Source: an uncultured Oscillospiraceae bacterium
GTDB taxonomy: Bacteria; Bacillota; Clostridia; Oscillospirales; UBA644
Assembly (NCBI GenBank): GCA_964448355.1
Contig: CAYUWC010000005.1
Location: 5,898 to 69,897 of the forward strand
Direction: 5' to 3'
Length of the DNA stretch: 64,000 nucleotides
The position numbers and the translations under genes are program-made. How positions within the stretch are numbered: the first letter of the stretch is position 1; every line of letters begins with the position of its first letter. Below the pieces are notes generated by a model. That model saw only the letters and a list, made by a program, of their open reading frames with translations. It was not told the DNA's origin and did no database searches. Of this stretch, positions 50,537 to 59,486 are shown one piece after another.

Positions 50537-51243
50537 TGGATAAAAATATACAGCTTTTGCAAGAACTCAAAAACGGAGATCCCGTTGCGGAAAGCAAGCT
50601 TGTTGAACAAAATATGGGATTGGTTCGTTCCGTCGCATACAGATTTACGGGAATGGCAGCCACGGGTGTTGACACCGAGGACCTCTGTCAGATAGGCGCG
50701 ATAGGTTTGTTAAAAGCGATACGGAATTTCGACACGGAACGCTGCACGATGTTTTCAACATATGCGGTACCGCTTATTATAGGCGAGATCCGAAAATTTT
50801 TGCGCGACGACGGCACCGTTAAAGTAAGTCGTTCGATAAAAGAAAAATATTATAAGATCAAGAAAGAAACCGCGAAGCTGTCATCTGTGTTAACGCGAGA
50901 GCCGACCGTGACGGAAATATGCACGGCGACCGGGTTTTCGGCGGAAGATGTGATCATGGCGCTTGAGTCGGGAGTTTACCCGACATCCATAGATGAATCC
51001 GAGGAGGGGGAACATCCGCTTTCGGAGCGTATCGCGATACAAGAAAAAACGTCCCCAACAGACAGGCTTGCGTTGAAGGAAGCGTTATCCAAACTCGACA
51101 CGAAAGACAGGCAGATAATTACGCTGAGATATTTTTCCGCAAAAACACAGGTCGAGACGGCGAAGATACTCGGAATGACGCAAGTTCAGGTATCGAGGCG
51201 AGAAAAAAAGATAATAGAAAATCTGAAAAACGATTTTTTGTAA
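50536..51243 (+). CDS. sigF: Sporulation sigma factor F
   Basis: FSTYAVPLIIGEI, RDDGTVKVSRS and QVQVSR motifs; third gene of spoIIA. Confidence 0.92.
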   Translation: MDKNIQLLQELKNGDPVAESKLVEQNMGLVRSVAYRFTGMAATGVDTEDLCQIGAIGLLKAIRNFDTERCTMFSTYAVPLIIGEIRKFLRDDGTVKVSRSIKEKYYKIKKETAKLSSVLTREPTVTEICTATGFSAEDVIMALESGVYPTSIDESEEGEHPLSERIAIQEKTSPTDRLALKEALSKLDTKDRQIITLRYFSAKTQVETAKILGMTQVQVSRREKKIIENLKNDFL

Positions 51244-51246
51244 AAA

Positions 51247-51276
51247 CAGACAGTGCATATAAAAATGTACTGTCTG
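51247..51276. terminator. Bidirectional terminator
   Basis: cagacagtgcat/atgtactgtctg hairpin between convergent genes. Confidence 0.65.
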
Positions 51277-51283
51277 CTGGTTT

Positions 51284-51736
51284 TTATTCAGATATTTGAT
51301 CTATGCGAAGCCCGACCGCGTATGCGAGCGTGCCGACGGGGATAGATATCATACTTTTTTTAACGGTGATTCTGTTTCCGTTTTTGTCCTCGAAAACGAC
51401 TTTGTTTTTTTGAACGGATATCTTCTCCTTATCTATATCGCAAACAGACATTTCTCCTTTTCTCTGAACAGAAAGCCGTTCGTTCGTCAAAACGACCGAC
51501 GGACCGGAAAAAATATTGCGAAAACAATTGACCGTACCGGCAAGCATAAAAACGGAAATGACCCAAGATAACGCAAATGCTATACAGTTGACTGTTTTTT
51601 CAAGCACGGTTTCCCGCGGCAGTCCGGCGCCGAAAACGACAGCGACCACCGAAGCGGCAAATGCGGAAAGAAAGCCCAAGCCCCAAAAGAGATTTCTGAG
51701 TTTAGGTCTGTAAACGTTAAGCACGATGTTGTTCAT
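51284..51736 (-). CDS. Hypothetical membrane protein (two TM + small beta-rich domain)
   Basis: Two hydrophobic helices; overlaps the upstream gene. Confidence 0.6.
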   Translation of the reverse strand: MNNIVLNVYRPKLRNLFWGLGFLSAFAASVVAVVFGAGLPRETVLEKTVNCIAFALSWVISVFMLAGTVNCFRNIFSGPSVVLTNERLSVQRKGEMSVCDIDKEKISVQKNKVVFEDKNGNRITVKKSMISIPVGTLAYAVGLRIDQISE

Positions 51737-52166
51737 AAGCGGAGATCCTTTCTGTTAAAATTTCGGAAAAATGCTTTAACGAGCAGGAAATATCGAATGC
51801 GAAGACGGAAAAAAGCTCCGATCCGGTATGTATTTCGACAAAACCGAAAAAATTATCGTGAAGCGTAACTTCCCGTATTTCGTTAAATTGCAGCTCCCAC
51901 CGTCCGTAAAGCAAGATTTTGTCGTTTGTTATAACGTATTTCGGCGATCTGATAAGCAAATAACACGATATCAAAAATATGACCGCACACATAACGATGC
52001 GTAAAATAACCGTTTTAACATTAAGATAATTGCCGGAAATAAGAGAGTATACGGAAATGACGATAATAAGCGCCGAAAAGACGATCAAAGCGACTAACGG
52101 AACGGTTTTTGTCAATGCGGGGCCGAAAACGAAATTTCCGTTTTTATCCGGCTGAGGTTTTTTCAT
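51717..52166 (-). CDS. Hypothetical membrane protein (two TM + PH-like domain)
   Basis: Two TMs then YVITNDKI...FNEIREV; start overlaps the trpS stop. Confidence 0.6.
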   Translation of the reverse strand: MKKPQPDKNGNFVFGPALTKTVPLVALIVFSALIIVISVYSLISGNYLNVKTVILRIVMCAVIFLISCYLLIRSPKYVITNDKILLYGRWELQFNEIREVTLHDNFFGFVEIHTGSELFSVFAFDISCSLKHFSEILTERISAYEQHRA

Positions 52167-53161
52167 TTTAACACGAAACCAACCTTTTTATATACTTTTC
52201 TCAGCGTTTTGTCGGCGATATAACGCGCTCTTTCTGCTGATTGTCTGTAGATATTTTCGAGCTGTGCTTTATCGGACGTATATATTTTGTATTTATCCTG
52301 AATATCGGCAAGCATATCGGCAACGGTTTCGCCTACGGCAAGCTTAAAGTCACCATAACCTTTGCCGTCGAACTCTTTTTCGATATCTTCAAATGTTTTG
52401 CCGGTAACAGCGGAATATATCGTCATGAGATTGTTGATGCCGTCCTTGCCGGGTGCAAAACGCACGCTTGCTTCACTGTCGGTAACCGCCTTTTTGAATT
52501 TGCGGACAACAACATCGCGCGGATCGAGAAGATTGATCGTGCCGTTTTCGTCATCATCGCTTTTTGACATTTTTGCCGTCGGATTTGTAAGAGATTTTAT
52601 TCTTGCTCCGACTTTCGGCGTGTATGCTTCGGGGAGCGTGAACACATCTCCGTAAATGCCGTTAAAACGATTTGCGATGTCTCTGCATATCTCAACGTGC
52701 TGCGTCTGATCCTCGCCTACAGGAACGAGATCTGTCTGGTAAAGAAGGATATCAGCCGCCATAAGAACGGGATATGTAAAAAGTCCGGCATTTATATTTT
52801 CCGCATTTTTAGCGGATTTATCTTTAAACTGCGTCATTCTCGAAAGCTCTCCGAACATGGTGTAGCAATCGAGGATCCAACCAAGCTCCGCGTGCTGCGA
52901 AACGTGGCTTTGGTAAAAGATGGTGTTCTTTTCGGGGTCGAGGCCGCAAGCAAGATAAAGTCCGAAAAGTTCGAGTGAATTTTTACGAAGAACGGCGGGA
53001 TCTATTCTTATTGTTAAAGAATGAAGATCGGCGATACAATACAGGCAATTATAATCATCCTGCATTTTGATCCAGTTTTTAACAGCTCCGAGATATCCGC
53101 CTATATTAAGATTACCCGTCGGTTTTATGCCGCTGAGTATTGTTTTTTTAGCCTTTTCCAT
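52163..53161 (-). CDS. trpS: Tryptophan--tRNA ligase
   Basis: SGIKPTG, YPVLMAADIL, VPVGEDQ and KMSKS motifs. Confidence 0.97.
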   Translation of the reverse strand: MEKAKKTILSGIKPTGNLNIGGYLGAVKNWIKMQDDYNCLYCIADLHSLTIRIDPAVLRKNSLELFGLYLACGLDPEKNTIFYQSHVSQHAELGWILDCYTMFGELSRMTQFKDKSAKNAENINAGLFTYPVLMAADILLYQTDLVPVGEDQTQHVEICRDIANRFNGIYGDVFTLPEAYTPKVGARIKSLTNPTAKMSKSDDDENGTINLLDPRDVVVRKFKKAVTDSEASVRFAPGKDGINNLMTIYSAVTGKTFEDIEKEFDGKGYGDFKLAVGETVADMLADIQDKYKIYTSDKAQLENIYRQSAERARYIADKTLRKVYKKVGFVLK

Positions 53162-54329
53162 TTATATATTCTCCTATCGTTTTGATGCCGTACTCGATAT
53201 TTTCGTAAGACGGCATTGAATAATTAAGACGCACATACTCTGTCGGTGCGTTCTCGTCTGTTTGAAAAGCGGTGCCGGGAACGACCGCCACTTTCCTTTC
53301 AAGCAATTTTTTACTGAGAACACCTGCGTCCTCGCCGATAAACCTGCAATAGATAAATATACCGCCCTCCGGAGAGGAGCGCCAGAAACGATCGGCGGGA
53401 ATATATTTGTCGAGAGCCGATGTGATATGCTCGCATTTTGAGCTGTAAAGCTCGCAAATCGGCTTTATATGTTCGTCAAGATCGTACTTATCGAGAAAGC
53501 CGGAAACAAGCATTTGAAAAAAGATATTCGTATGAACGTCCGTTACCTGTTTTGCGACAACAAGTTTTTGCGCGATCTCGTTCGGCGCGGAAACAAAGCC
53601 GACACGTATGCCGGGAGAAAGTATCTTTGAAAACGAGCCGCAATATACGACTATTCCTTCGGTATCCATTGCCTTGATCGGAGGTATGTCCGAACCCGAA
53701 AAACGCAGTTCGCCGTACGGATTGTCTTCAAGAATGGTAACGCCGTATTCGACCGCAAGAGCATAAACACGTTTCCGCTTTTCCGCAGACATCGTAACAC
53801 CCATAGGATTTTGAAACGTCGGGATAAGATACAGGAGCTTTGCACGTTTTTCCTCTTTGAGAGCACGTTCAAGCTCGTCCGTGTTCAATCCGTCGGGTTC
53901 CATAGGGATACCGCGCAGCTTGGTACCGTATGTGCGAAAACAGTTGAGCGCGCCGATAAATGACGGTTCTTCGCATAAAACGGTGTCGCCTGGATCGCAT
54001 AAGACTTTTGTTGTTAAATCAATACCCTGTTGACCGCCGGTGACGACGAGAGTTGTGTTTCCGTTTTTACAAATACCGAATTTTTGCTCCATACGAGCCG
54101 CAAGCTGTTCACGGAGCGGAGCATACCCTTCGGTGACGCCGTATTGCAACGAAGCAACGGGGTTTTTCGAGAACAATTCGTCCGCTATACCTGACATTTT
54201 GTCTGCCGGGAAAGTGGACGGATCCGGATTGCCTCCGGCGAGCGAGACGATCGTCGGGTCGCCGAGGACTTTGAAGATTTCTCTTATTGCCGACGGTTTA
54301 ACGCCGGAAATGTTATTCGAAAATATCAT
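53148..54329 (-). CDS. PLP-dependent aminotransferase (LysN/2-aminoadipate transaminase-like)
   Basis: LAGGNP, PTFQNPMG, EDNPY and GSFSKILSPGIRVG motifs. Confidence 0.9.
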   Translation of the reverse strand: MIFSNNISGVKPSAIREIFKVLGDPTIVSLAGGNPDPSTFPADKMSGIADELFSKNPVASLQYGVTEGYAPLREQLAARMEQKFGICKNGNTTLVVTGGQQGIDLTTKVLCDPGDTVLCEEPSFIGALNCFRTYGTKLRGIPMEPDGLNTDELERALKEEKRAKLLYLIPTFQNPMGVTMSAEKRKRVYALAVEYGVTILEDNPYGELRFSGSDIPPIKAMDTEGIVVYCGSFSKILSPGIRVGFVSAPNEIAQKLVVAKQVTDVHTNIFFQMLVSGFLDKYDLDEHIKPICELYSSKCEHITSALDKYIPADRFWRSSPEGGIFIYCRFIGEDAGVLSKKLLERKVAVVPGTAFQTDENAPTEYVRLNYSMPSYENIEYGIKTIGEYINGKG

Positions 54330-54389
54330 TATTTTGTTCTTCCATAGTCGATAATTTCAAACCGATGTAACGCCCTGACTTGCAATAAA

Positions 54390-54521
54390 AAATCGGAGAG
54401 TGTAAACGATTTCAACCTACGCAGAAAGCGTTCTCTTCTCAGGGTTTGAACGAAAGATCATAACTTTTACCGAAGCCTTGAGATAAACTCGTCGTCTAAG
54501 AGACACGAAGCATCTGCGTTA
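54390..54521 (-). repeat. Interspersed TAACGCAGATG element, copy A (full length, in a 5' UTR)
   Basis: Minus strand taacgcagatg...aacgctttctgcgtaggttgaaa...ctccgattt, 132 bp, just downstream of a TTGACA-17-TACAAT promoter. Confidence 0.7.
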
Positions 54522-54705
54522 TGTTATAATATTATATTGTACCACAAAAAATTCACTTTGTCAACACATAAGATAGCGCGCTCTCCCTCTTGCAAAAGCA
54601 GTCGAAATATGGTATACTGTATGCAGAAAAGTATGTTATTTTCGTCTATGGCAACCTGTCGGAACACAATGGCGAAAGACGAATTTATTTCAAGAAAACA
54701 AAGGA

Positions 54706-55293
54706 TTGAATATTTTGAGTAATTTTGATGATTTTAAAACGGAGTTTGTGCGTTCCGCATGCAATATCGGTAAATTGTGCGTGAAACCGGAATACGCTTA
54801 TAAAAAAGATTATTCCGATTTCCTTTTTGCGGGAACAGTCATTCCGAGCTTGACATATTTGCTGTTTGCGTTAAACCTCGGTCTTGAAAGGCAGTCGTTT
54901 CTCTCGTCGGCTACGGCGTTAAAAACGGTCATTCTTGCATTTTTCGGAATAATCATAGGGTTTGTAACAGCTATAATACTTGCCGGCGTTGCGTATTTGG
55001 CAAGTCGCTCGGCAGGCAAAGAGATCAACGGCTTCCGTTTTCTCGGCTGTGCGGAATATTCGTTCGGCATATCGCTGTTAGTAGAAATGATAGGTTTTAT
55101 CATAAGGCTCATAACGCACGAAAACACGATCTCGTCATTCGGCATTCTCGGCATTTTTGTCGCGCTGATCTCCGTTTTCAGATGTCTTCGTACGTTCGTT
55201 GACGCACCGAAACACATTTTCGTCTGTTTTGCGGCGCTCGGCGGAATATTGACGATGCTCGGCATGAACATTCTGTTTTTCGCATCGTTTTAA
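54706..55293 (+). CDS. Five-TM membrane protein (YIP1-like topology)
   Basis: Five hydrophobic segments after an N-terminal KP motif; family call is tentative. Confidence 0.55.
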   Translation: MNILSNFDDFKTEFVRSACNIGKLCVKPEYAYKKDYSDFLFAGTVIPSLTYLLFALNLGLERQSFLSSATALKTVILAFFGIIIGFVTAIILAGVAYLASRSAGKEINGFRFLGCAEYSFGISLLVEMIGFIIRLITHENTISSFGILGIFVALISVFRCLRTFVDAPKHIFVCFAALGGILTMLGMNILFFASF

Positions 55294-55305
55294 CGTACAG
55301 AAAGG

Positions 55306-55731
55306 ATGTCAATCATGAAACTCGATAAAAACATAATAACCGGAGCTTCCGTGCTTATCATTACCGTAATTTGCGGCATTTTCTCATTAAACGGCGGCAT
55401 GGGTTCCGTTTTGATAGCTTCGCTGTTTTACATAGCGGCGGCAGCGGCGATACTCATAGCGTATTCGTTCGTATTACCGCAAATGATAGGCGTCGGTGCG
55501 GACTGGATCTGCTTTGCGCCGTTTACGATAATGCTGATAGTTTCCAGGGCAATATTGGGCTGGGATATTTTCATGCCGTTTTACGTTTCGGGCTTTTTTG
55601 CCGTTACGGCGGATATGTTCGCCAAAAGCAAACAAAAAAACAAACACGAAGCGCTTATCATTGCAGGTACAGGAGCGGCGTCCGTCTTGCTTTTTGCGCT
55701 GATCTCTTTTTGCGGAGGTATCATGCTGTGA
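55306..55731 (+). CDS. Hypothetical polytopic membrane protein
   Basis: GAAAGG RBS; mostly hydrophobic; stop overlaps the next start (GTGA). Confidence 0.65.
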   Translation: MSIMKLDKNIITGASVLIITVICGIFSLNGGMGSVLIASLFYIAAAAAILIAYSFVLPQMIGVGADWICFAPFTIMLIVSRAILGWDIFMPFYVSGFFAVTADMFAKSKQKNKHEALIIAGTGAASVLLFALISFCGGIML

Positions 55732-57347
55732 AAAAGAACGGTTTTTTCTTATTTTTACTGATATTTTTGCTTGTTTTTCCGCTTATATCGTTTGCTAAGG
55801 GTTACATAGATACTTCCGATAAGACGGATCTCACTTCCGAAGAAATAACAAAACTGATAGCCGACCATTGTTATTGCGGAAGAGAATATTATACGGAAGA
55901 AACCGACGGGCACGCGGTGTACGATTGTGTTAAATGCGGACAAAATATGTACGTATGCAAATGCAACTGCTGGTGCGGTGCGGAAACGGAATATGACACG
56001 AACGGAACTTACGGTTCGTTTTCGGTAAAAGTTTGTTCCGAGTGCAAATTGCCGTGTATCCTTTGCGTTTGCAGAAGCGACAGAGAAGCGATCATTTACG
56101 CCGAGCAGCAAAGGCGCGACAAAGAGATATCGTCGCTCAATATTATCCGTCCGCAAAATGTTTTAACACCTATTTTAGCGGTTCTGTTTTCGGCGATCTT
56201 TATTGCATTGAGCATTTGGGCAAACAGATCCGATGTGTTTAACAATATCCTCAAAAAGCTGCCCGAAACACAAGAACATGACGAGACAGACGACTCAAAC
56301 ACTAAAACAGTGCATTCCGCCGAGCCGAAAGAAGCTCGTATCAATGAACAGCCGACAAAAAACGGCGAAGCAAAACGGGAAGATGAGCCGATAGCGATAC
56401 CGGAGAACAAATCAAGCGGTGCTTTTAAGCTTTACAAAACGATTTTAGCCTCGACATCGCAACGCTCCGAACATCAACCGTTACTCGCGCATGACGAGCC
56501 CGATCTGACGTTTACGGAAGAAGAGATAAGTCTTATTCTTAAAGTTGCTCGTTTAACACCGAACGAACGGTCCGCATTGACCGTTATCGAATCGGAGACG
56601 ATGGCAGATACGCTTGCGGAGCTTATTCTTGAGGGAATTATAATAAAAGAAAACGAAACATTGGTCGTTGAAAGAAATATTTTGCAATATATAGCCGACC
56701 TTGCGCAGCCGAGTGTTTCCGTCGTGTTCGACACGGTATTTTCCGGGAAATACACTTTCTGTACCTGCGGAAAGAATTGGTACTCGCTTAACGGAAACAA
56801 CGAAGTCGAAATACGTGTTTTCGAAGATCCTGCGGCGCTGTGCGAATGGATATGCGACGTATTCGACGTGCCAAACACGGAAAAGAATATACCGAGCACG
56901 GATATTTCCTTTGATTATGCGGAATTTTCGCTTTATTCCATCATACGTATTCTCGGTTTTTCCGACCCGTTCGCAAAAGAGGACATACTAACGTCCGATA
57001 TTTGCAAAAAGATCCGAGACAGTCTTTATTCTTCGGGCTTTTTCAAGACTGCGGAATCGTTTGCTGTTATTTCTCGGGAAAACGGCTTTGAACATACCTG
57101 CGACAGCATGAAGAAAAAAGGACTTTTGTTTGAAAGCGACGGACGTTTTATGTGTTCGAGAGCGGTAAACGCCGTTTTAAACTGCGAAGATCTGCGAGAC
57201 TGCATTCATCTTACAAAGCACGGCAACGCAAGCTTTGAAATGATGCTCGTGCTCAAACAGAACGGCGCTGCGGCGATTTACGACGACGGACAGTCCGTAA
57301 GAGTTGTATCTGCGGCAAACATCCCGTGGAAACAGTATATAATCTAA
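55728..57347 (+). CDS. Signal peptide + tandem Cys-rich module + TM + large cytoplasmic domain, function unknown
   Basis: GTG at 55728 after GGAGG gives MKKNGFFLFLL...; 13 Cys in about 70 aa; TM ILAVLFSAIFIALSIW. Confidence 0.75.
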   Translation: MKKNGFFLFLLIFLLVFPLISFAKGYIDTSDKTDLTSEEITKLIADHCYCGREYYTEETDGHAVYDCVKCGQNMYVCKCNCWCGAETEYDTNGTYGSFSVKVCSECKLPCILCVCRSDREAIIYAEQQRRDKEISSLNIIRPQNVLTPILAVLFSAIFIALSIWANRSDVFNNILKKLPETQEHDETDDSNTKTVHSAEPKEARINEQPTKNGEAKREDEPIAIPENKSSGAFKLYKTILASTSQRSEHQPLLAHDEPDLTFTEEEISLILKVARLTPNERSALTVIESETMADTLAELILEGIIIKENETLVVERNILQYIADLAQPSVSVVFDTVFSGKYTFCTCGKNWYSLNGNNEVEIRVFEDPAALCEWICDVFDVPNTEKNIPSTDISFDYAEFSLYSIIRILGFSDPFAKEDILTSDICKKIRDSLYSSGFFKTAESFAVISRENGFEHTCDSMKKKGLLFESDGRFMCSRAVNAVLNCEDLRDCIHLTKHGNASFEMMLVLKQNGAAAIYDDGQSVRVVSAANIPWKQYII

Positions 57348-57433
57348 CGCAGATGTCCGTTCTCCAAGACATCAAATTTCTCTTAATGATTCGCTGCTGA
57401 AACTAACGGTTAACGCTCTCTGCGTAAGTTGTA
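57345..57433 (+). repeat. Interspersed TAACGCAGATG element, copy C (3'-truncated)
   Basis: taacgcagatg...aacgctctctgcgtaagttgta; its first TAA is the stop codon of the upstream gene. Confidence 0.7.
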
Positions 57434-57450
57434 AAAATATAAAACAAACG

Positions 57451-57510
57451 ACCCCCTCGTTATATTAAAACTTTGCACGGTTCTGTGCGGAGTTAATATC
57501 ACGAGGGGGA
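57451..57510. terminator. Long imperfect hairpin between convergent genes
   Basis: ccccctcgt-tatatta-aaactttgcac / gtgcggagtt-aatat-c-acgaggggg. Confidence 0.55.
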
Positions 57511-57602
57511 TTTTCAATAATGAGTTTACAACGTTATTCAACACAGCCTAAAAATCGGCTATATCTTTTATGAGGACAAACGTCGTATGTTAAACAAAGA
57601 GA

Positions 57603-58100
57603 TCAAAGTATTTTTCCGTTCAACATACCTTTATATACGCTTTCGCCCGAATCTTCTATCATAACGCCGCCGCAATTTTTGCGGTAAAACTCGATAGGAC
57701 CGGGGCTGCCGATTACAGCGTAGGCATAACCGTCCTCTTTCATACCGTGAAGACACGCAAGAAGAAGCGCACGACCTATGCCCTTACCGCGCTCGGAGGG
57801 TTTGACACCGGTGGGACCGAAAAAGTTTTTCACCGTGGCGTTCCAACAGGCAAAACCGAGCATTTCGCTGCCTTTTTCCGATTCGCGAACGGCAATGTAA
57901 AGCGTTTTGGGACTGTTAAAAAAAGCGTTTTCGGCTTCCGACGCCCAAAGCGTATCGGGAAAATATTTTTTTATCCATTCGATCACCGCATAATTTTCGG
58001 GGCCGATCGGACGTCTTATCGTGATACCGATAGACTTCATTTTTTCCGTTTCGGGATAAAGCGGAGGGAGCTTAAAAAGCTTAACGAGCATATCTGCCAT
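57603..58100 (-). CDS. GNAT family acetyltransferase
   Basis: FFGPTGV..ERGKGIGRALL and FY motifs. Confidence 0.9.
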   Translation of the reverse strand: MADMLVKLFKLPPLYPETEKMKSIGITIRRPIGPENYAVIEWIKKYFPDTLWASEAENAFFNSPKTLYIAVRESEKGSEMLGFACWNATVKNFFGPTGVKPSERGKGIGRALLLACLHGMKEDGYAYAVIGSPGPIEFYRKNCGGVMIEDSGESVYKGMLNGKIL

Positions 58101-58107
58101 AAAAACG

Positions 58108-59379
58108 TCAATCTCCTATGGGATTACGTTTTACAAGCTTTGCATGGACCGCAACACGAACTGCTCTGTCGAAGCCTTTGCAGGTGGAAAGTGTTAAAAT
58201 ACGGTCATTTTCGTCAAATTCAAACGTTTCGAAAGCGCCTTCGATTTGATTTTTGCTTTGAACTTCATATGCAAAACGTATAAAATCGTTGGAATCCACA
58301 AAGTCCGTCTTGATATAATCGTAGTAAACATCTGTCTCGTACCAAGAGAAGATCTGCCAAACGGTCTCATCGTTGAACGTGTTTATCTTGATAAAATGAT
58401 TGTTGCCGTTGGAATACCATTCGACTGCTTCGTCGAGATCTTTAAGACCGCCGAACATCTTATAACTGCGCGCATGGCCGTAGATGACTGTGTTGTAATT
58501 GCTTGTGATGCTGTCGAGATTACATCTGTAATCCGCGTAGACCCAACCGTTGATATTTTCTTTTTTATCGAACGTATGGGTAAGGTAGTACTCATTATCT
58601 GTTGTTTGAACGATAGCGGTATCGATCGGAGTACCTTTTGCTTCGCTTTTGGAGCCGGGCACGTATATCCAGCCCACGGTGTCTTCATTAGTTTTTAACA
58701 AACTTTTTAGGTTGCTGACTTTCAAATACGGAATCGTTGAAATATCTATATCCTCGGGACGAATAACAACGCCGGACTCCGATTTTTCTTTATCGGACGA
58801 GGGACGCGAGATATAATATTGCGTATCCTCTTCTTCATTGATATTTTCCTGATCGGCAAGCTCTTCTTCGTATGTTCTGTCGTTATAAACATCGTTTTCC
58901 GAGCCGGAATTTGTGTCGGTGGAAGGTGTTGTTGTTTGATCGGTATTGTTTTCGGTATTATCCGTATTATCCGAGCTGTCCGAACTATCAACGTTATCGG
59001 TCTTGCCGCTCGATGTTCCCGTTCCGGAACCGGAAACGTTGGGATCTATCGGTGCCGGGGGGACGTTAACATCCGTATCGGGATCGGAGCCGGAATCATC
59101 GTCGTCGCCTCTTACAGTGTTCCAAATATCGTCCGACATATGTTCGGTATCAGAACCGTCGATTATCTCGGAAACGATCTTATATCCGGAAAACGCAAAA
59201 ACCGCAAGACACAAAACAAGTACGATAATTCTCACGGGGCCGTTGCCTGAAGATTTCTTTTTGGGCTTGGCGGTCGGTTCCGTTTTTTGTTCAACAGCGG
59301 AAGCTTTTTCGGTGTTGTTTTCTTCGCCGTTGACCTGATCGTTTATATTTTTTTCTTGATTATCCATAAATAAGCACAT
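58108..59379 (-). CDS. Class B sortase with N-terminal TM and long acidic Ser/Thr/Asp linker
   Basis: VGWIYVPG, DNEYYL, VIYGH and LTLSTC...R motifs; start may be 59367. Confidence 0.9.
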   Translation of the reverse strand: MCLFMDNQEKNINDQVNGEENNTEKASAVEQKTEPTAKPKKKSSGNGPVRIIVLVLCLAVFAFSGYKIVSEIIDGSDTEHMSDDIWNTVRGDDDDSGSDPDTDVNVPPAPIDPNVSGSGTGTSSGKTDNVDSSDSSDNTDNTENNTDQTTTPSTDTNSGSENDVYNDRTYEEELADQENINEEEDTQYYISRPSSDKEKSESGVVIRPEDIDISTIPYLKVSNLKSLLKTNEDTVGWIYVPGSKSEAKGTPIDTAIVQTTDNEYYLTHTFDKKENINGWVYADYRCNLDSITSNYNTVIYGHARSYKMFGGLKDLDEAVEWYSNGNNHFIKINTFNDETVWQIFSWYETDVYYDYIKTDFVDSNDFIRFAYEVQSKNQIEGAFETFEFDENDRILTLSTCKGFDRAVRVAVHAKLVKRNPIGD

Positions 59380-59486
59380 TGCCTTTCAAATGAGATGATA
59401 ATGTAAGTATACAACAAAAACCGCCGGAAATCAAGCTTTTTTCTGTAAGTTGCGGATTTTCGGCGGTAAGTTGCCTTTAAACGGTT

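Noticed and set aside
54335-54530. T-box riboswitch ahead of the aminotransferase-trpS operon
   Set aside because: No GGTGGNACC T-box sequence; the leader is instead occupied by a copy of the dispersed repeat.
55371-55727. N-terminal extension of the 658-aa ORF
   Set aside because: It overlaps the 141-aa membrane gene out of frame; GTG at 55728 has an RBS and a signal peptide.
55866-56072. Multiheme cytochrome c or ferredoxin
   Set aside because: No CxxCH and no CxxCxxCxxxC spacing.
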